The notes under the pieces are model-generated. The model had not been told where the DNA came from, ran no database searches, and saw nothing but the letters and a program-made list of their open reading frames with translations. From the NCBI GenBank assembly GCA_043228905.1, contig JBHGNT010000021.1:11098001-11162000 (forward strand): 64,000 bases of DNA, in the 5' to 3' direction. The stretch comes from Azolla caroliniana (taxonomy: Eukaryota; Plantae; Polypodiophyta). Positions 32,693-45,846 of this stretch are shown piece by piece (positions within the stretch are counted from its first letter, which is position 1; the number at the start of each line of letters is the position of its first letter). The position numbers and the translations under genes are program-made.

Positions 32693-33955
32693 ACGTCACA
32701 TGCTAGTTGTCGGAATTCCGAAGCATAGACAAAAGTTCAAGAGAATATTCTTGACATTGCTCCGAAGGCCTCGTTGAAAGTGATTAGCTAAAGCTTGATC
32801 ATCCCAGTTGACGTCACATGCTAGTTGTCGGAATTCCGAAGCAGGAGTAATACCATGGGTTGTACGATTGGGGCATGTCGTGGAAATGAATGAGTCTAAC
32901 CCCAAGTCCAACGCTCTTCCTGGCGAAATTCAAAAATATGATTGTCACAAAGGACTGCTTGTGAAATCTCTTGGGATAACGAGGTGGGCTCAGGAAAGTT
33001 CAAGAGAATATTCTTGACATTGCTCCGAAGGCCTCGCCGAAAGTGATTAGCTAAAGCTTGATCATCCCAATTGACGTCACATGCTAGTTGTTAGAATTTC
33101 GAAGCATAGACAGAAGCTGCACATGAACCTTGTTCGAGTGCATAAAGCTTGGTGAGGTTGTACGTTGTCGGCCCATCTCTCCAAATGGCTTCTAACTCGG
33201 CGAGGAAAGCGGGAAAGTCCTCCAATAGAGGTGACGAAGTTTCTACTAAAGGTGCAAACCAAGCTTGGTATGGACCGGAGAGGAGGGGGTGCCCACAAGT
33301 CCGACTTGTCAAAGACCATTTGCGTAATGTTGAGGTTGTAGCCAAATGATTAGACGAATTTGGTTGATGAAACCCTAGAAACGTGACCTCATTCCATCAA
33401 ATTTTTCTAGGAGGCTAATCTTAGGCTCAAGAAAATGAGAAAAAGCTAGATCAAATGTTGGTAGAAGATTTGGCTCCAGGCTAGGTTGTGGTGGGACACT
33501 AGGCTCCGTGGGTTGCGAGGATAGGGAGGCGCCGACTTGAAGTTCTCGTAAAGAATTCCGAAGAGCTTCATTTTCAAGCTAGAGTTGTTGTAAGGCTGTC
33601 ATTATCTGGCTTAAGTCACAGGTTGGGTAGGACATAGCTACGACTAATGAGAAGGAGAGCTACGAGGATGGGAAGGTGAACAAATTGTCACGGTAGAAAA
33701 TATACACAAGAGAGTAGAAGATAATCAAAGGGATGAGTTGATTAATTGAAAGACTCTGTAACTAGTGTTGTTCACCTTGATTATAATCTAGGTGAACACA
33801 CATATTTATACAAGTTTTGAGATTGAATATCTCTAGACTATACCTAAGAAATATCTTTAGAATATACCTGAGAAATATCTCTAGAATATACTCATTTAGA
33901 ATATACCATAGAACATTTCTAGAATATACTAAAGACTAGAATATTCTATATGACA
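32693..33955 (-). mobile_element. Tcn1-like chromovirus 5' relic: LTR 33686-33955, self-priming PBS, decayed gag with internal duplications
   Basis: TGTCA...TGACA LTR; Ty3 Gag motifs (LLSGPYQAWF, LEDFPAFLAEL, FRQLACDVNWDDQAL). Confidence 0.82.
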
Positions 33956-34039
33956 GGCTATATAATATTAACCATATACAATTTACATATAACATAAGGG
34001 TTTCCAAATGGTTGATCTAATACTACATATTGGGTGTGT

Positions 34040-36652
34040 TATAGGTCATAGGTTCGAGTCACATCCTAGATGTGACACTGACCCCCTGTCAAATATGTTG
34101 CCTGACACTTCTTTGCCTTTAATTATCACTTTAACCGATGGATCTTGTTCATTGAGCATTGTCGGTCCTTGAGTTGGATTTGTAAAATTAGTGGGTACGA
34201 CCCGTGATTCTTCCTTCCTAATGATAGCTATTATTGTTCCTGTGAACCTTGGCATTAATTTTAGTAATCCCGACAAGGGTATTGTGATTTGGCTATCGAC
34301 TAGAACATGCCATGTTGAAATTTCGGCTAAGGTTCATCCACTACAATCAATTGTATCTTCGGTTGGGTTGTCAGCCGATATTTCACTCATTTCTTGTTGC
34401 ATTCGATCGACATTTTTCTTATTAGCTTGTTCAACCCATGTTTTCGCCGCCTACCTAATCTCATCTTGAACATCTCACTTGGATTGTTTTGCTTTACTTT
34501 GTGTGGTAACTTGTTGTACCTTAGTTGTTACCATGTTGATGTTGGAGCTTTTCCTCGTTCCTTGTTCGAGCACCTATTTGCATAGTGACCCTCCTTTCTA
34601 CAATTATAGCATATGGGGTTTGCTAACTCACTCGACTCACCTCGTTCGTTTTGTGCTTGCTACGACTGGAATTGTTGTTTGCCTGGTTCATCCTGAATCC
34701 GGGGATTGTATTGAAATTGCCTAGCTTGTTTAGGACATCTCTGATCATCTCGTCTGTCTTCATGTGGTTGAAATTGGCGATTACTTTGCTAATTATCCTC
34801 CATTTGATGTTAATCATAATGCCTTCAATGATCTCCATTGTGTCTTGATTCGGAGAATCCATCTCTATTGTCGTTGCCAAATGGTTGTTTGTCGGCTCTT
34901 GATTCTCTTTTATATCGAGGTGAATAATCACGATCATATCTATTCCAGCTATCTCTTCTATATTCGTCCACCCGAAATATGTCTTTCGCTGGCCGGAATC
35001 TCTCTTCATACCGGGGTTAGTCTTCTTCTCCAAACCAATCCGGTTGCCGAATTAGGTCATCATGCCAAATTTGGTCTTCTCTGCGGCTCTATGTGCCTAA
35101 TTGGAGCAGCTACTTTGTTGAACAAAATGTATTCACACTGGTCTATTGTATGGGCTCTTGAGTGACAAATCGGATAATGTGTCCGCATGGTGCATTCGAT
35201 TATTGAATGGGCAGGATTTAAACCAGTTTTGCATTAAACTGCTTGCCAGAATTTCAGCTCTTCTTCCTTCGGTAAGGCTCGTTGTAATGATGCCATTGAC
35301 ATGCTATTATTGGTATGTGCTTTGTCCATTATTAGTACATAGGCAATGACTTGCTCAATTGTGTCATCTTTGAAATCTAACATTGCCAATGACGTCTGAA
35401 GTGTTTCTCAGAGAGCTATCAAGAATGTCTCTTTTAAATCTTCATCTAGAGGTGCGCGCACTAGTTGCCTCTGAAGATTTTGGAACCGAATTATAAATTG
35501 TGAAACCATCTCGTGTGGTTCTTGATGCGACATAGAACTGACTCATTAGTTCTCTTTGTGCTATTCTTCAATGAAATAATTTGACGAATTTGTTAGTGAG
35601 TTATTTGAAAGGTTCAAACTCGGACTCCTCTTAGTCATGTTACGAATACCAAATCACCAATTGACCTTCCAGTGATAATCCGAATTCTGCAATCTTCAAT
35701 GCATCCAAGTCGGCTTGTGACTGTCTTTGAGACACATGGTTAGCTTGCCATGTAAGAAAGGCGTGCACATGCCCTTCAACATCAATCTCATCGTTGTATT
35801 TTGGATACGGATATGGCATCATGTCCTCTTCTTGAAATTTTGTCGACTCGCCACGTGGGTTGATCAGTATCAGAACCTCTAGTTCTTGTGTGTTAGGCTT
35901 CAATGACAATACTATCTTGGTCACTTGATTGAGAAAGTTGATTATTGAACATCTCGTTCTCCAAACTGTCGTCAGAAATCCTTAAGCCTAGAATTGTTGT
36001 TAACTCGTCTTCGGCCTCTAACTGAACTGCTTCTACTCGACGGTGCTCTAATCGTGGGCGTGGTTCTTTGTATCTAACAGATCCATCGTAGTCACTCTGT
36101 TCAAACGACATCCATCCTCCTTCTATTCATTGTCTCTCACATATCGAACCACGCGTGCCAAATTGTGTTATACCCTCTCAGTAAACACGGGTCATATACT
36201 TAATCCCTAAGTGCCCTGATCAAGGTTTGTGGTTGGGGACGGGATTAAAACTCCCAATTTGATAGATAGATTAAGTATGTGAATTATAATTGACCGGATG
36301 TTATGGACATACTCCGACACTGTCCGAATCGGTTACAACCGATTGGATCCCAAGCAATACACTTAAAATAGAACTCAGACACTCAGACACACTATTCTCC
36401 AAATAAAAATATGTTAACTTAATACTTGCTTATAGACCGATAGATTTTTACAATGCTTCATGCCCCATTTTATAGAAATCATGGAAAGGTTACATCAAAT
36501 ACATGTAATTTGGTAGTAGTTAACTAACTTCTACTATTTTACAATTTCGGCTAATATATATCTTGGCTTTTTGGCTATATCTTCGTCTAGCTTCACACTT
36601 GTCCAGCTACGACCTACTTTCATACTTCTTTTGGCCTTTTGGCCCTTTCACA
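34040..36652 (-). mobile_element. Degenerate Athila-like relative of the 1-9471 element (LTR about 36166-36652, gag, protease start)
   Basis: YPKYNDEIDVEGHVHAF and KIAEFGLSLEG parallel the Gag of 3707-9001; PBS-like TGGCACGCGTGG at 36149-36160. Confidence 0.82.
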
Positions 36653-36659
36653 CCTTGGG

Positions 36660-37629
36660 TCGTCCTGCCTAGCTAATAGATTGCAGGTCGAAGAATGAGG
36701 GTGGCTTCTCCCTTGTGCATATTGCCGTCCAGAATGATCCAAACCTGTGTGTCAAACCTCCAAGACAAATCTCGACCATCTTGTCTTCATCAACCATCAC
36801 ATTGATGGAGCCCAGAGAGTTGCATATGTCTTTGATTTGGGAAGTGTAGTCGGGCACCGACATATCTCTTTGTCAGATGTTGTTGAGTTCCCATCTAAGT
36901 TGCAACTTCCTAGTTGTTGTGCTCGCGGTGGAAACCTTCTTCAAAATTTCCCAAGCCTCCTTCGGCATCTTTGCATCTATGATGTAGCCCAGCATTTGAT
37001 CTTGAACACAAGACACTAGACAATAAAGCAGCTTGCGTGCTACTTGCTCCATGTCATGAAATCCTTGTGTGTTGGCTCTGGTGCTTCTTCATTAACTCGA
37101 TCTATATAACTCCACTACCTGTGTCATAACATATACTAATGCATCTTGTATTCCCAAGATGCATAGTTGTTCATTTCCAACTTTTTTTTTGGAATAACAC
37201 TTCCCCTGTTTCTTTCCATCCTTGTTGTTGTTCAACTACCTAGCTTTTTGTGTACAACAAATGTCGGCTATAGAGGATCAGACTCAACCCTCGCGTTTTG
37301 ATACCATGTAAATATTTATGTAAGTTTACACTTAGTCAGATCAGCCGAACAAACAAAACAACAGAGTTTGAATCACAGACAATAAAGATGGTGATGGAGA
37401 TAAATTAGAGATGGAAAAGAATACACAGAGTAAGTATTATAGAGAATGGTCAACCCACTCACAACTTGCTCACAAAGCATCTCTTATACACAACCTTAAA
37501 TGAGTCGGCTGACACAAGTACAATAAATGGCTCATTCATGAGCACTGGATTCTACCCTACACTAAATTCTAGTCTAACTAGAGTATTTCTAAGTCAACAT
37601 TAAAAGGGATTGAGCTTGACGTCTCAACA
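36660..37629 (-). mobile_element. Copia 5' fragment (LTR 37307-37629, PBS, gag)
   Basis: TGGTATCA PBS next to the LTR; DYTSQIKDICNSL Gag. Confidence 0.85.
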
Positions 37630-37828
37630 TGATCTTATTGTTGATGAAGTTGCACAAGATGTTTTGCATGATATTGTTCTAAATTACTCTTTTTGTTGGA
37701 GGTCAAAGAGTTATTGTAAATATTATAGTTACTTCAATTAGCACAATGACTTGCTTTTCCAAAATATTTTACCATATGTTTCTTGAAAGCAAGAAGAAAA
37801 AGTTGAAAGACTTGTTCTCTATGGTCAT

Positions 37829-38880
37829 TGGCATCCAAATCTCTGTCTCAGGCTACTTTGCCAAACCCCTTTTTAACGTTGTTGTTAGGTTGGGTATATC
37901 TTTGGTGATAGCTTGCTATAGATCGAGACCAGAACCCCTTCTTTTCTCTGATGATGATGGAAGCTTGTTTGATATTATCGGGTTTCTTATTGTTGGCCTC
38001 ACTTGGGCTCTTGTTATGGTTCCCCTCAAATGAATGAAGCTAAGTAAAAGCTTTGGAATTGGCCTTATACTCCTTTATTTTGGGTTCTTAGTTACAAGAA
38101 TGTGTTATGTCATGGGCTGGACCTCACCAAAATAAGAGCTTGTATGTTTTAGTTTCTTATATATAGCTCACCAAATTTGTAATATATACCAATGTAGGTA
38201 TTTATTATTTTCAAGCATCAATAAGATCAAATAATCCTCTGCTCATTGTATAAACTAAAGCGGGATGATATGATCCTCATAATCTGTATATGAGCCAGAG
38301 TTAATGCCAATGGTTGTTTCAATTTAGAAAAACCTCTTATGAATTGGAGAAAGACACTTTTAGATTTTGGAGTTTTTATGTGAATACTGAACATCCTCTT
38401 CTTCTTTTTAAATCTTGTAAAAGCTAAGATATTACTCTGGGTTGTACTTGTAAAAGTACACTATTCCTTATTGTGGTGTCCTTATGGAGGCCAATTTGAA
38501 GGCCCTAATGATTGGTTGTCGCACAAACAATTACTCTTGTTTTAGGAGACTAACATTGGTTTTCACTATAAACTATATCATCGAGGAAGAAGACCCATTT
38601 TTTCATTAATGGTTTTCCCTTGTTGGAAAGTTAATGGGTCGTTTCTCATACAACAAAGGGGTGATGTATGTTTATGTTGCTTTTGAATCACAGTTAGAAT
38701 ATCCATGGGATTAACCTAGGTAAGCTTGTATCCAGTCCTTCGGTTATTGTTTTGAGTCAATTAAAATGTCAAGCATCTCACAAAATGGATGCTTTTTTCT
38801 AGTAGTACCTTTATTGAGGTATTTATAAGATAGGAAACACAACATTTTTGCCTTTATTAAGCAAGAAGAACAAATTGAAA
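37829..38880 (+). pseudogene. Partial duplicate of the CCX 3' coding end and downstream flank
   Basis: Colinear with about 46902-48255, lacking about 300 bp; premature stop at 38031-38033. Confidence 0.93.
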
Positions 38881-38899
38881 GACATGTTTCTTGATGGTC

Positions 38900-39800
38900 A
38901 TTCTCGACTTTGAATCTTACAACATTGCCATGACATGCCACTGGTTGGATATTTGGAATCTATAAGTCTTTATAGCTAGTTTCTATAAGTCAATGGTTGG
39001 ATTTTTGTAAATTGCTTAACCTCCTCTAGACTGCTTGAAAACTCTCTTTAAGTTATCATCTAGAGATTCACTATCAAACATTGGAGCAATCATTAACAGG
39101 GTGATTAGATTGACTTTTTGTACATCGTTTATAATAATTTGGGTCATTCTTCCATTAGATACACTCATTTCTTTGCCAATAGGATGTCATCCTTATTATA
39201 TGATGCTTGAATATATGGAAATTTTGAAAAAAAATCCATTGTTGAGGATTGTTTATTTGACTTTGAGAGATTCCATTTCTCTTTCTGATGATGTACGTGA
39301 TATGCAAACCACACAAAAGAAATTTGTAAATTGTCACCGTCTCATATTTACTTTAGGAAATATCATACATGTCACCAAACCTTGTACCAAACAAGTTTGA
39401 TTATCCAAGTCTTGATTTATATGTAATCTTTACCATATCAATGAACTTATGCTTTGTCTTCATATATTCCCTCTTTGTATGCATCTTTGTGTTCTGTGTA
39501 CCACTTTCGGAACCTTATGCCTTGAGCTCAATTCTAGATTGTGTTGTTACTCCCTCATTTCATGTTGAGATCCATGGTCTAAAATATGAGGTAACAACCC
39601 TTTTGGACTCTAAGTTTGTGCACATCAAATCATCTTACTTGGTTGATTGATAGGTTGTACACTTGGGAGTTCGTTGACAATGGCACAAAACTTGTAGTTG
39701 AACTTCATAATTGATATCCCAATAAGCCAAGTCCCAAATCGTGCATAATGAGTTGTGGAACTCATCATCAAAGGAATGGGATAATGTCACGTGTATTTAT
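38900..39800 (+). mobile_element. Chromovirus integrase/chromodomain 3' relic
   Basis: YEVTTLLDSK...YLVD chromodomain-like segment near 39580-39650; PPT-like GGAATGGGATAA before TGTCAC near 39785. Confidence 0.55.
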
Positions 39801-40660
39801 ACAAAATGTGATAAACATCATAGACCCATGACATTTTTAAAAGATAAGTGTAATTCTAACTCGTAAGATATATCATATAATATGTAATAATTATTCTTAC
39901 GCTATATAAGTTATCATATATATATATATATATAGATTCTAGTTGTTTAACATTTTTAAACATGCGGATTACGTTGTTGGGTTAATTATCAATTGTATAT
40001 GTATTCGTGTGGAATGTAAGAGAATTTAAGTGAGACTTGCTTGAGTCATTAAACTTGAGGATGATTTGACACGTGTACATACTGACATTAGGGTAGACAC
40101 TAATTCGCTCCAATCTACGATATTTGTGTGGCGAGAAGACTGTATTGGTGAAGAAGTGAGTTAGGGAGGAGATCCCACAATCCCATATGTCTTTCAGAAC
40201 CAAATGTAATGTTAAGGATTAAAGGATTAAAGTGATGCTTAAAGGTTTTGATAGAATTTTATGTAAACTCTCCATGCGAGTTTTCAAATTTGATAGGGTT
40301 GGGGGAATCGAATATTGTATTTATTCTCCTAATTGATTCATTGTTAATTACATTTTCCTCATTATTGTTTCATAAATTGTTTCTAATCATACCCTAATTT
40401 TCGTTACTATGTACTAGCCTGCCTCTTCTGTTTTTAACTTTTGGCTTGCTTTCCAAGCAGCCCAAGGTCCGTAGGGTTGAAAATGATTACAGATAGATTA
40501 TGTACATATGTAGATCACATACATACATACATACATACATGGATGGATGGCGAGGTATCTAACTAGACATATGAACAGTTACAGAAGGCTCCATGTATGT
40601 ATGTATGTATCTAGACAGTCAAAATCGATCTGATCCTAAGACAACCTCTGCGTCGTGAAG

Positions 40661-43600
40661 ATGAAGATGAAGGTGCAGACTGAAATTGTCTATCTTATTC
40701 TTCTCCTTTTCTTGTTCTCCTCCTCAATCTCTGCGTCCCATCACCATGCGGATCTGAAAACAAAGAAGCCTCGTCAAATCCTCTTCTCTACGCACTCGCC
40801 CAACCCCTGGTCTCGAACCACTCGTTGGGCTTCGACTTCGATTCCTGACATAGGAGGAACCACTCCTGGAGATCGGCAGCATGCCAGAAATACAACTGGT
40901 CGGATTTCCGAAGGCGACCCTCATGTTATTTTGTTATCTGAAAACCACATAGATGGCAGAAATGCCACTATTTTGATCCCTGAAAACAGCCCACTTGCAG
41001 GAAATACCACTATTAGTGATGTTCACGCACATAACTGTGAAACCTCAAAACCGCCCTCTTACATTTATTCAGTATTCAAAGGTTTAGTTTGGCAAGATTG
41101 TGAAGGAAAGAGCAATACATTATCACGAGCAGTAGTGAATGTGGCATGGCTTCTGGTGCTCTTCTATCTCTTAGGAACAACGGCGTCTGATTACTTCAGC
41201 CGTACTCTGGAGAAACTATCAAATGCATGGAATCTCTCCCCTGCTGTGGCAGGAGTCACACTGCTTGCCATTGGCAATGGTGCTCCTGATGTTTTCTCGA
41301 GTGTAGCAGCTTTTACCTCATCTGACAGTTCTGGAAGTATCGGTTTTAGCTGTGTCTTAGGTGGTGCCTTGTTTATTACGACTGTTGTCTCCGGCACTGT
41401 TGCCCTTGTCACCGAAACGCTCCCGAAAAACGAGAATGTAAAGATGGCATCAAGTGACATCAATTTCATTAGTTTTGTCCGCGATGCCGTGTTTTTGTTG
41501 GCTTCTTCATGTGTTCTTACCCTCATTCTAATAGATGGGAAGATTCACTTATGGGAATCTGCCTCATTTTTGGGTATTTATGCTGTCTATGCAGTTTCTG
41601 TTTGGGGTTCCGAAATGCTTGACAATCATCACAAAGAAAAGTCAGCAATCCTCGAACCTCTTCTATCTGAAGGTAACCCATCAATCTTTTTTCTCTTAGG
41701 AAAGAAAGTTTTTAATGCTCGTTTCTTCTAATGGCTGGAGTAAACCTGTGTGATGTTAAATCCTATGTTAACAAATCTTATACTAAGCATAAGGTTATTT
41801 TATTTTAGAATAAAATTCAAACAGAATTTGTTCCCTATATAGAAAATTACAAACGTCTAATTTCAAAATTTTAAAGACTTTTTATAGTGCCTCGGGAATA
41901 TCTGTTCTAACCTGGATTTCTTAACTCTGTCCTGAGTTGCACATAAAGCAACCTGCTTAAATTTACTATACATGCTGAATTCTTGTAGTTCTTTTGCATT
42001 TGCCCGATGTTTTTGTGCGTCTGTCAGACCATTTTGAAAATGTCTTTTCTTTTAGCTGAATGAACTCAATATATCGAGGTTTTATTTCACTTGATGCAGC
42101 TGGGTTCACATAAGGCTGGAAATAGCATTTAAATGTGACTTGGAAAGAACTGGCAGAATTTTTTGTTTACATAGCCATGTTGGAAATTCTTGTGAATTCT
42201 GCTTGAAACCAATTCGAGGAGTGTGGAAAAGCTGTGTTATGTATGATGTTTGCTTCCATTACATGTGATCCAGGCTGCCTGATTTTACATGATAAGTTAG
42301 AGAATATCAAAAGAGCCTATCCTGATTTTATCATCTTGGAACCATAGACGAGTCCAAGGGGGAGGATTACAGGTTGTCCGGGTGCAATATCATGACGATA
42401 GTGATAAAAGGCATTTTGAGGTATTTTTCAGATTCTTACGGAAATCAGACAGCATGATCAATGCATATATAGTATCTAATGATTTGACTACAACATAGAC
42501 AAGCAAGAAAAAGTGAAATGACAACTTGCTTTAGAGAAAGGGCATTTTGAACCATTTCTTTGCTCAAAAACAAAACTCGATCAAAAGATTCTCATAAATA
42601 CTTTTGGGCTAATCCAATTCCTGAAATAGGTAGCTGTGCATGGAGTTTTTCTAGGAAATCAATTGGAAATGGTCCTACCTGTTGGTAGATATAATTCTTT
42701 TAGTGAAATCCCTGAAATAGGTATAGGAGAAGTCTACTAGAGGTGAATATTAATCTCAATGGATTTGTGTATTAGATACACATTACTTACATAGGTTTCC
42801 AAAAACCTGATTCACTGATTCAGTGCCTATTGTTTGGAGATGTTCGCTGTTGCTATATACCAAATATATATCTAATCTAGACAGAAGACAACAAAATTGT
42901 CAAGATAAACCATACAAACCAACACTTGTTCTGCATGTAAAGATCGATTACATGCACAATTGTGATCTTGTCTAAAATACATCTTCTTCATTAGCCGAGC
43001 AACCATGATGGCATCATATTTTGCTGACATTGAACAATGCTGCAAGAAACCTTGTTTTGTAATAGTTTGAAACCCTCTTGGGGTATCTTAAGAAAACAGG
43101 AATTCATTGAACAATGCTTTGGTTTATTGATCTTCAAAAGGGCATCATACATTTTCCAAAACTTTTTGAGTGAAATTCAACTATTTTCTCATGATGTCGA
43201 GGAAATGGATAGGGGTGCTATTAAGAGAATATGTTCGTGTCTTAATCTTTTGATATATTGTAAAAGTTAAAAACCAAGAAGAGTCTTGGTTTTTTGGCAA
43301 CTAGATGGTAGCACATCACTTAACAATTGCTCGTTGCAAGAAAGGCAAGAAAATGGACATTCTCTAGAGATCGAAAGGTCACTATTATAGAGAAGAGAGC
43401 CACATAACAATGTATGGACTATGAGACCGTACACTTGACTTGTATGGAATGAGAATGGATCTCTAAGGGATGTCGTCGGTTATTTTGTAGATACCTTCAA
43501 GAATATAGGTATTGCTTTGTGAATAGAGACCCATGAATACATTGGTAGTAAACTCTTTGCTGTACAGGGGTATGTATAGGAGTTGATATATCGTCCCCAA

Positions 43601-45796
43601 ACAGAGATTCTAGGAAGTTCTGGAGGCTTTGGTGGATTGTTTGTATTGTACAAAGAATAGAGTAATAGAAAAGATTTTTTATCGTCCTCAAGAAGGTCAA
43701 ATTTGACCTATGGGACCAATTAAACACATCATCTTGTGTGATGTGACTCCTTACTGAGAAGGGGTTACTACTCTATAGTCAAGAGTCTATTTGAAAATAA
43801 TGTACATATACAGAGAGATTTGATGGTTTCAAAGGATGCTTAGCAAGTATAGCCATACAAATACACTAAATACTGATATTTAATGAAACCAGAACTAAAA
43901 TTCTTCTTGGGAAAAGAAAAGGTGGCATATCCACTATCCTACACATACATTGGAGTAATGTTCACATGGCTTCTGTTCTACTTACAGGATATGCAGCCCT
44001 TAGTGCTCCTGACAGACAATGTGCACATTTATAATTCCAAGTGTCATGAACCACAATCCTTAGAGCCATGAACTAAAGTATTGACTATTTGATATACTTG
44101 TGCCACAAAATCTTCTTGACGGATTAGAATCCTAGGGACTAAGTCTCCAGAACGTGAATAATTGGAAAAGATTGGAGAGACCTTTAGTCTTGATGATTGG
44201 CTGCATGATAAAGAGGAAAGCATTATTGCTACATCATATAATTATAACAGATATGTGAGTGGCCCCAATAATGGCAGTGGCACTGTTTAGATCAATGACA
44301 GTTATCCAACGGCTTTGGGAGCTTCTTAAGTGACGGTATGCAAGATTGGCACTTATGTCAGCAAAACAACTTGCTGATCATGAAGACAATTGTTGTTGGT
44401 TTGTTCAATCAAAATAATGGTTCGTATCACATAGCATAAATATAAACACTCTACCCCGGTTCCAGTATAGTTTGGATTGTCCATGAACAAAGTGGAAAAG
44501 AATAGAGTGATAGTGATATTATCGAATTGGATAATGGAAGAACATGGATCAGTCCCACAATATGTTTTGGTAGGAAGATGGCCCACTTCTAAGGCATACT
44601 ATTTACACACATCGGAGGTATGGAGTCATCATCAAGCCCTCTTGTATGGATATACGTCATTTGCATGTGCACTTTTAGTGTGATAGTGCAGCTACACAGA
44701 CCGCTTCACATCAGTTTGAGATTGAGGTAGGTAGATCTGCATGTACACTTCTAGAAAAAAGAATCTGCAAATTGTGTTATCGAGATGTGGAATCAGAAGA
44801 ACACTATGTTCTCCACTGTACTATTTTTGATGAAATAACAGAGAGATATCATTGTCTCCCTAACCGAGGGTTTGGCCCACTATGCAAGGTTATGGAGTAT
44901 AGGAAACAATGGTCTCTGGGATTGTTCTTGCTAGAACACAAGAGACATAAGAAGTTGAAGGATGGCAATACAACAGCGCAAGCTTATCAACAAAGAACAG
45001 TCACAACTTTCTTTAACCCATGCATGTCAATTAACTGGTCCTCTGTACAATTTTTGATGAAATAGGTGAGATATACCATTATCTCCCTAACCAAGGGTTT
45101 GGCCCACTATACAAGGTTATGGAATATAGGCAACAATGGTCTTTGGGATTTTCTTGCTAGAACACAAGAGACATAGGGAGAAGTTGAAGGACGGCAATAC
45201 AACCACACAAGCTTATCAACACAGAACAATTCCTTCTACTCATGGCACATATCAATTAAGTGCTACACAAGTTGGCTCCCAACCAGGACACTGCAAAGGG
45301 ATTATAAAAGATCAAGCAAAAGCAATTCGTCGTGCACATATACCCCTTCGCTTCGGAGATATCTCCATTCTGGATTGACACATGCATGAGATCTTTTGGA
45401 GACAAAAGTTCCAATCTATCTAACTTGATGATGGGATTCGTTAGACATTCTTTTTTACTTTTAATGTAATTATATTTATCTTGCTTTGTTGTTCTCAAAG
45501 ATGAATCAACACTTTAAAATTTAATCTCTTGTTTGGTCTTATGGCCATTTTGGCCTCCTTAAAGACGTTAATACATCTTTCTTTCTTTAATTTTTTTTCG
45601 TTGACATTTGTATCATTTAGATGATGGCTAAATCTTTGGTGTTATAGGTCATATTGGACTGTTGCAGACCTTAGTATTGCATCTCTTGCATCTCATTTTA
45701 TTTGTCTCTCTAATTCATTCTCTCATCCACTCACTTGTAGGCTTTTAGTTTGTACGCCCTAACTATTCTGGATGTGCATTTGTACAATGTTTGTGG

Positions 45797-45846
<50 letters not shown>

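Noticed and set aside
25931-32696. ACGT at both ends as the TSD of one 6.8-kb element
   Set aside because: The two LTR ends are of different subfamilies and orientation, and the outer flanks (Copia RT versus Tcn1-like gag) do not rejoin. The match is better explained by target preference.
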